IMG/VR virus record: IMGVR_UViG_640427134_000001
Span: 29,660-93,659 of that record
Direction: 5' to 3' (one strand)
DNA: 64,000 bases
Source: a virus
Below, one piece after another: positions 58,356 through 64,000 of the stretch. Under the pieces are notes generated by a model that did no database searches, was not told the origin of the DNA, and was given only the letters and a program-made list of their open reading frames with translations. The stretch's first letter is position 1. Each line of letters opens with the position of its first letter. The translations under genes and the position numbers were made by a program.

Positions 58356-58967
58356 ATGAAGAAATTTGTGTACTTAGCTATAGGCCTTATCGTCATTATT
58401 ACAATATATTTATACGCTTCACCGTACTTGGCTTTGAATAATATTAAAAATGCAGCTCAAGCAGGTGATGCAGACACCCTATCAGAATATATTGATTTTC
58501 CAAGTGTCAAACAAGGTTTAAAAGATCAGATTAACGCCCAGATTATGAAAGAAGTAACGCAGAAAGATGCTGATGGGTTTGAAGCTTTAGGTGCTATGCT
58601 CGCTACTGCCATGATTGATAAAGCTGTTGATGGCATTGTTACACCCGATGGTGTAGCAATGATGGTCCAAGGGCAAAAACCAGATTTAAATGGTGATGCT
58701 GTAGAACAAACTGATGAGCAGCAGACAGGCGAGAAGAAACTTGATTATAAAACCAACTATATAACCTATAAAAGCTTCAAAGTATCTTTGTCTAACCCTG
58801 ATTATGAAGATAATTTAGATATTATTATGCGTCGAGATGGTCTTAGCTGGAAGGTCCATAGAATAAACTTACCTTTGGATTTTTCAGATAACAATAATTC
58901 TACACAAGCAGATACTGAAGAATTTATTCAAGATTCTTTTAATTCTGATGAGTATGTTTATCAGTAA
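58356..58967 (+). CDS. DUF2939 domain membrane-anchored protein
   Basis: N-terminal TM then SPY.AL..I..A...GD...LS.YIDFPSV...LK.Q. Confidence 0.85.
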   Translation: MKKFVYLAIGLIVIITIYLYASPYLALNNIKNAAQAGDADTLSEYIDFPSVKQGLKDQINAQIMKEVTQKDADGFEALGAMLATAMIDKAVDGIVTPDGVAMMVQGQKPDLNGDAVEQTDEQQTGEKKLDYKTNYITYKSFKVSLSNPDYEDNLDIIMRRDGLSWKVHRINLPLDFSDNNNSTQADTEEFIQDSFNSDEYVYQ

Positions 58968-59099
58968 ATACAATAAAGCTGTGTGCTTAACTGGGATAAT
59001 TAAATAAATAAGTATAGTTATTAAAGAAATCTTTTAATAATAAAGATTATCTCTGAAACAATGAGTCTAGCAGTATATGCCTTGTGTGTAGTCAGTCCA

Positions 59100-59203
59100 C
59101 AAAGTCTTATGAGTTTGAGAGATGAGACTATGATAGTCTTAGTGAGTCAGACAAAGCTGCCTGACTCAAGTAATCCACTCTCCGATATAGTCGGGGCGGT
59201 TCA
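59100..59203 (+). mobile_element. Degenerate right end of an IS51/IS629-like IS3 element
   Basis: Decayed orfB tail (EFER*DYDSLSESDKAA*) and IR CTCCGATATAGTCGGGGCGGTTCA. Confidence 0.7.
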
Positions 59204-59240
59204 CGTTATACACTAAATCCGCTTTGCTCGTATGACATCA

Positions 59241-59278
59241 AAGCAGCCCGCTACTTTGCGTAGCGGGCTGTTTCGTTT
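59241..59278. terminator. Strong hairpin terminator between convergent genes
   Basis: GCAGCCCGCTAC-TTTGC-GTAGCGGGCTG. Confidence 0.75.
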
Positions 59279-59330
59279 GAAATAAAGCATCTTTGAAATA
59301 ACACACCTTAGGTTTTCACACTGTGGCTCA

Positions 59331-62300
59331 CTACAGGATTGTGATACCTGTATCAATACTTATGGTTGTGTCATTGAGGCTGTAACTGGTATAACCACCA
59401 CTTGTCGCCCCCTGTTCCCAATTGCCAGTCAATTGGACGCTATCGCTATTATCGCCATCAATCTCCAAATGATTGTTTTCATCAGTTATCTGAATCACCG
59501 CGTTGGCAGTCAATTCAGTGATGGTGAAATCAGCACCAGACAAGTCAAGCACTTCGATATTACTGACTTTGTTTAGCGAACTGTTAGTGACTGTGCCTAT
59601 CAAGCTATTGAAATCAAATGTGCTACTGGCCGCAGGCAATAACAAAGCATCAACACCATCGCCGCCATTCATAAAGCGGTTAGCGCTATCAAACACAAGC
59701 GTATCATTGTCCGTGTCACCATATAGGCCGTCTTCACCAGCACCGCCATCGAGGTAATCATCGCCACTGCCACCACGCAAGGTGTCATCACCTGCGCCAC
59801 CGTTTAAGATGTCATTGCCTTCTGCACCTTTAAGATCGTCATCATCCTCACCGCCATTAATGGTGTCGTTGCCAGCTTTGCCATAAATCACATCATCACC
59901 AGCACCAGCGTTGATCACATCATTACCATTGCCACCGGTAATGGTGTCGTTCTGAGCACCCGTATTGATTTCAACAGAATTACTCAGGTTCAAGTTCGCT
60001 GTTCCAACAACTTCGGCAGATGCGTCATCGTTTGAGGTCTCTACCGATTGAGTGGTATACGTCACTTCGCCGCTATAATCATGAGACAGAATCTGAATGT
60101 CATTGACTTTATCGGCTGGAATACCCGTTAGCCTGTAGTTGGTGCCATCAAAACTTATGGCGACACCATCCGCATCTGCTGACGCATTATTCAATCCCAT
60201 CACCGTACCATCATCACCAATTCTAAACAACATGGTGTCCTGAAATGGCTTGCCAGCTGCTGGTGCAATGGTCAATGTCAGCGTTTCACTTCCGTCATCG
60301 TCGGTCATTTTAATGTTAGTGTTGAGCTCTACCCACTCATAGGCCTGACCCGCTGAATTTTGCGCGGTCATCTCAACAGGATCTGCCACTGCGGTAAAGG
60401 TTAAATCAACGGTGGTTGCAGCACCTTGCAGGCCTGAATCACTCAATACCGATATATCAACTGAGCTCACACCACTAAAGTGCTCTGGTGTGCGAATCTG
60501 AATCTCAGGGGTTGGGTCATTTGACGTACTCGGCACGCTCCATGTCCCGATGCCGGTTTTGGTTGCTGCTTTTTCAGTACCATTAGAGAAATAAACCACA
60601 TTAAAGTCATCATTAACGTTTTCAAGAATGAAGGTTTTCGCGACATCATCTTCATCAGCTTGTACAATATTGTATTGAATACTCACCGCACTATCTTCAT
60701 TCACCGCTATTTGCGAAGCTGTTTCGTCGACAGCAAGCGTGAGTATGTCAGGCGCCTTACTCACTGTAATTTCAAAGTCTTTGCGAGAGACTTTAGTGCC
60801 TGTGTCATAACCATCAATATCTGTTGACTCTTTATGTACAACATAGGCCTCAATGTTGAGTGTTCCGTCTTCGTTAGCCGCTGGCATGAAATTGAAGTCT
60901 GCTCCTGTCGGGTTATTGGTATCCACCTCAAGCACATAATAGGTACCGGCAGCTAGTCCTGCAGGATCCGTTACCTCGGTTAGTACCGTGCCAGAGGTAT
61001 CGGTTAGCTCACCGAGTATTGTGTTGCCATCCGACACTTTAAGATAAATGCGTCCCTCTGTAACCACCACATTGCCAGCATCAGCAGTGTTGCTCAAATC
61101 AAGCGTTAGCGGCAGCGTTTCGTCTTCATCTAGGGCGATTTGTTCAGTCGTTACAGCGCCCTCTGTATTGAAGTCCATAAAGTCTGTCACAGGTCTCACA
61201 ACCAAGGTGCTCGTTGTTGGATCTGCCGTTTCAGTTTCAGAGTCGCCATTGTTATCTGTAGCGGTTAATGAAATATCTAAAGTGACCGTCTCGCCAGCAT
61301 TATTGGTGCTGTAATCGTTGGTTGGGCTGATGGTAATGCTGCTTAGTAAATTGGTAATATCACTATCACTGGCAGCCTCACCACTGATTAACCACAAGTT
61401 CCCCTGCTTGCTCAGACTGCCTAGATTGGTGTCCGTTAGTTCAAGCACCACATCATCAGGTAAATTCGCAATGGTAAATGACAATGGTAGCCGTGTCCCA
61501 TTATTAGCGTAAGCTGCTTCATTCATCGTACCGGTAACGAAATTGCCGAGATTTTGATCTGCTGTGTCCTCTGTTAGCACGATTGGATCAACAGTAATGT
61601 TTGCCACCAAATCTGGGTTTTCATTGCCTACTGTATCACCATCTGCTGGTGTGATACTTAGCTTAAATGACGCGTTAGCCGACTTTTCAGTATCTGGTGC
61701 ATCTTGGTTAAAGGCGGTCACAGTGATGGTCTGATCGGTTACAGCATCCACATCGTAACCTTGCTTGATGCTGAACCTAACATCAACACTCGGCGCGATA
61801 TCAGTGATTGGCTCATCAGCAAAATCAACATACCAAGTATTGCCCGCTTTAATGGCTGCAACAAACCCACTACCTGCATCAACCTCTACTTGCAGGCCAT
61901 TTGGCACATTACCCACTTCTATGCGAGTGAATTTCTCTGAACCATCTTGATCGGGTGAGCTCAAAGCCACCGTTTTAGTAAAGCTGTCACTGATAGGGTT
62001 GCCATTGGTTGTATCTAAATTAATAGATTCCGCTGTTTCAAGGGCCACTCTATCTGAGTCAGGGATTTCCGGTGCATCGGTTTTGGCCGTAACATTAACC
62101 TTATAAATCGCATCTTTAACCGTTTCTTCTTGATACACTACCGCTGCATTTGGATCAGTGATGCTTTGCGTGTTATATACTGTATCAGTCACATTGTATT
62201 TGATAGCAAAACTATAAACGTCATCTCCTGATTTGTGGTTTACATAACCGGCTTCAGAGTTGTCTGGTAGCGCTTGGATTGAAACGACAGGCAGATTCCC

Positions 62301-64000
62301 ATCCGCATCGCGTTCAATGGTATAAAAACCGTCAGAATTTGCAAGCGTGTCTGTTATGGGTGTACCATCAACTATGAGCTGCACACCCAGCGCCTCTAAA
62401 TCAGTGACGTTAATATCCACACTCTTCAATGCTTCAACGCCATTACGCGCATCAACCGGTGAATCCGTTTTGTTAAACACGCCTTGCAAGTCTAACACTA
62501 CCGATTCGTTTTCAGTTTGTGTGACAACAGGGTTACCAACATTATTATCTGCCGCATCGGATGTCACAAAAATGCTCACAGAGCGAAGATTTTGAGTGGT
62601 CTCACTGCCCCCTTCTTGCTCAGTACTAATGCCTTGAACGGTAAAGTTAATCTCTCCTGCAAAGTCTTCATTTAATTGAATACGAGCATCGCCAGTTTCA
62701 ACAGCCTCTTTAGTAACCACCCATTGACGAGCGATACCAGCACCGCCCAAGTAGGTGACATCTGCACCTATCATTGAGAATCTGTCATCAAGTCCGGTAA
62801 TCACATAAGTGACCACTTCCGAGCCATCTGTGTCATAAGAGCCAATATCCTCTGGTGTCTGGAAGATAGATTTAAACTCTATTTGATTGTTATTGGCATC
62901 GATATTACTTTCCTCTTCAATGAGGGTATAGCTGTCCGCTGCTGCATCTTCAAAGCCATCCAAGCCAGCTGTTTCTACTGTATTCAGCTCATCATTTAGG
63001 ATTTTGTCTGGCACTGTAGCAATTTTTATTGGCAAAATTAAAGGCGCGCTATTAATAGAGGCCACATCTGTCCCATCGACAGACTCACCACTCACCAGCA
63101 ATTCATAATTATTACTGCTATTGCTTGGTGGAATAAACATCGGAACCTGACTGTTGTCATAGTCATTCAATGTGATGGACCACGCGCCATCTGTTGAATC
63201 TGCATCATTGAGCGTAAACGAATCAATTGCGCCTGTATAATTCTGAGCCACCAGTATGTAAGTATGACTCACTGCGTCATAAACATACAAAGCGCTGCCA
63301 TCTGGTAAGTTTTCGATGGTGATGTTAAAGGTTTCAGAGTCATCTTTATCTTCTGATTGCGCTTTTATTTTAAGAGGAATGCCGTTTTCAGGCATGTCTA
63401 TAAAACCGCTTGGAATATAAGTTGGATCGACATCCTCAGGCGGATTGCCCTTACTACGGCCCGCGTCTTCAAAGCCACGCGCTGGCTGAACACTTAACAA
63501 GACATCATCTGCAACAGCAGTCACCGTCATACTCAGAATAGACTCACCTGACACTGTTTCTTGCGTAGCTGTGTCGTCATCTTCATCATAATCAATCGTC
63601 ACAGCATTGACCACAATCTGCACCTCACCGGCATAGTTTGGTGGCGCAATAAATTTTAACGTATCAAGCGCCACTGCTGGAACATCGATACCGTCTTTAC
63701 CAGCTGTCACCTCAACAGTATTGCCGTTTAGCTCATACCGAAACTGTGCGCCCGCTGCCTTAGCAAAGCTGCCAGGATTCTGGCTGTCTTCAATCTGCAC
63801 CGTTAGGCGGGCAAAGGTTTCTTCAGAATCCGTATAAACACTCCCCGTTCCATTTGTCAGCGATGATTGATCCTCATTTGACCACGCTGCTTTTAGATCA
63901 ATGCCATCATTCAGATTAAACCAATCAGGCGCTGTGCTAGAGTCATCATCATGATCTCCATCCTCGTAAATGGTGCTTGTGTAAGTGTAATCAGGATTCA
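59331..64000 (-). CDS. Large acidic RTX / T1SS-secreted adhesin, 3' part (start beyond the right edge)
   Basis: Ig-like repeats with V(T/K)xVAD junctions and DxDGSE motifs; GGxGxDxLxG Ca-binding nonapeptides near the C-terminus. The frame stays open upstream of 63800 as far as I translated it. Confidence 0.9.
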   Translation of the reverse strand, partial: NPDYTYTSTIYEDGDHDDDSSTAPDWFNLNDGIDLKAAWSNEDQSSLTNGTGSVYTDSEETFARLTVQIEDSQNPGSFAKAAGAQFRYELNGNTVEVTAGKDGIDVPAVALDTLKFIAPPNYAGEVQIVVNAVTIDYDEDDDTATQETVSGESILSMTVTAVADDVLLSVQPARGFEDAGRSKGNPPEDVDPTYIPSGFIDMPENGIPLKIKAQSEDKDDSETFNITIENLPDGSALYVYDAVSHTYILVAQNYTGAIDSFTLNDADSTDGAWSITLNDYDNSQVPMFIPPSNSSNNYELLVSGESVDGTDVASINSAPLILPIKIATVPDKILNDELNTVETAGLDGFEDAAADSYTLIEEESNIDANNNQIEFKSIFQTPEDIGSYDTDGSEVVTYVITGLDDRFSMIGADVTYLGGAGIARQWVVTKEAVETGDARIQLNEDFAGEINFTVQGISTEQEGGSETTQNLRSVSIFVTSDAADNNVGNPVVTQTENESVVLDLQGVFNKTDSPVDARNGVEALKSVDINVTDLEALGVQLIVDGTPITDTLANSDGFYTIERDADGNLPVVSIQALPDNSEAGYVNHKSGDDVYSFAIKYNVTDTVYNTQSITDPNAAVVYQEETVKDAIYKVNVTAKTDAPEIPDSDRVALETAESINLDTTNGNPISDSFTKTVALSSPDQDGSEKFTRIEVGNVPNGLQVEVDAGSGFVAAIKAGNTWYVDFADEPITDIAPSVDVRFSIKQGYDVDAVTDQTITVTAFNQDAPDTEKSANASFKLSITPADGDTVGNENPDLVANITVDPIVLTEDTADQNLGNFVTGTMNEAAYANNGTRLPLSFTIANLPDDVVLELTDTNLGSLSKQGNLWLISGEAASDSDITNLLSSITISPTNDYSTNNAGETVTLDISLTATDNNGDSETETADPTTSTLVVRPVTDFMDFNTEGAVTTEQIALDEDETLPLTLDLSNTADAGNVVVTEGRIYLKVSDGNTILGELTDTSGTVLTEVTDPAGLAAGTYYVLEVDTNNPTGADFNFMPAANEDGTLNIEAYVVHKESTDIDGYDTGTKVSRKDFEITVSKAPDILTLAVDETASQIAVNEDSAVSIQYNIVQADEDDVAKTFILENVNDDFNVVYFSNGTEKAATKTGIGTWSVPSTSNDPTPEIQIRTPEHFSGVSSVDISVLSDSGLQGAATTVDLTFTAVADPVEMTAQNSAGQAYEWVELNTNIKMTDDDGSETLTLTIAPAAGKPFQDTMLFRIGDDGTVMGLNNASADADGVAISFDGTNYRLTGIPADKVNDIQILSHDYSGEVTYTTQSVETSNDDASAEVVGTANLNLSNSVEINTGAQNDTITGGNGNDVINAGAGDDVIYGKAGNDTINGGEDDDDLKGAEGNDILNGGAGDDTLRGGSGDDYLDGGAGEDGLYGDTDNDTLVFDSANRFMNGGDGVDALLLPAASSTFDFNSLIGTVTNSSLNKVSNIEVLDLSGADFTITELTANAVIQITDENNHLEIDGDNSDSVQLTGNWEQGATSGGYTSYSLNDTTISIDTGITIL

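Noticed and set aside
1-64000. CRISPR array, rRNA, retron or DGR
   Set aside because: No regularly spaced repeat-spacer array, rRNA-like sequence or reverse transcriptase motif was seen.

Overview
Positions 1-50461 are the right-hand part of a chromosomally integrated prophage, probably in a Moraxellaceae (Psychrobacter-like) host; the host call is inference. The prophage ends at a duplicated 3' half of tRNA-Ile(CAU) (50413-50461) followed by a terminator. It looks like a hybrid. The morphogenesis genes (major capsid, prohead protease, PacB-like terminase, gp25/gp26/PmgC-like proteins) resemble those of phage P1, judged from motifs I recall and have not aligned. Immunity, replication and recombination are lambdoid (cI/cro/cII, O/P with iterons, YqaJ/RecT, Xis-like gene). 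Four late operons share an intergenic GGAACAC-N26/27-(-10) promoter motif, and each is coupled to a hairpin that would hide the ribosome-binding site on read-through transcripts. An HTH gene beside terS is a candidate late activator, and a candidate antisense sRNA lies in its leader. Cargo inside the prophage: IS3-in-IS3, DUF2310, a trypsin-like protease, cidAB-LysR, a type I R-M locus with an extra Mrr-like nuclease, a HipA-like kinase/DUF3037 pair, yqhA and a Na+/H+ antiporter-family transporter. Right of the att site are a TpsA/haemagglutinin fragment, an IS3 fragment, mcrC, an mcrB split by an IS3 that carries an inverted copy of itself, DUF2939, and the 3' end of a large RTX adhesin. No integrase, portal, full sheath, tail tube or lysis genes were recognised in the window; they may lie left of position 1.
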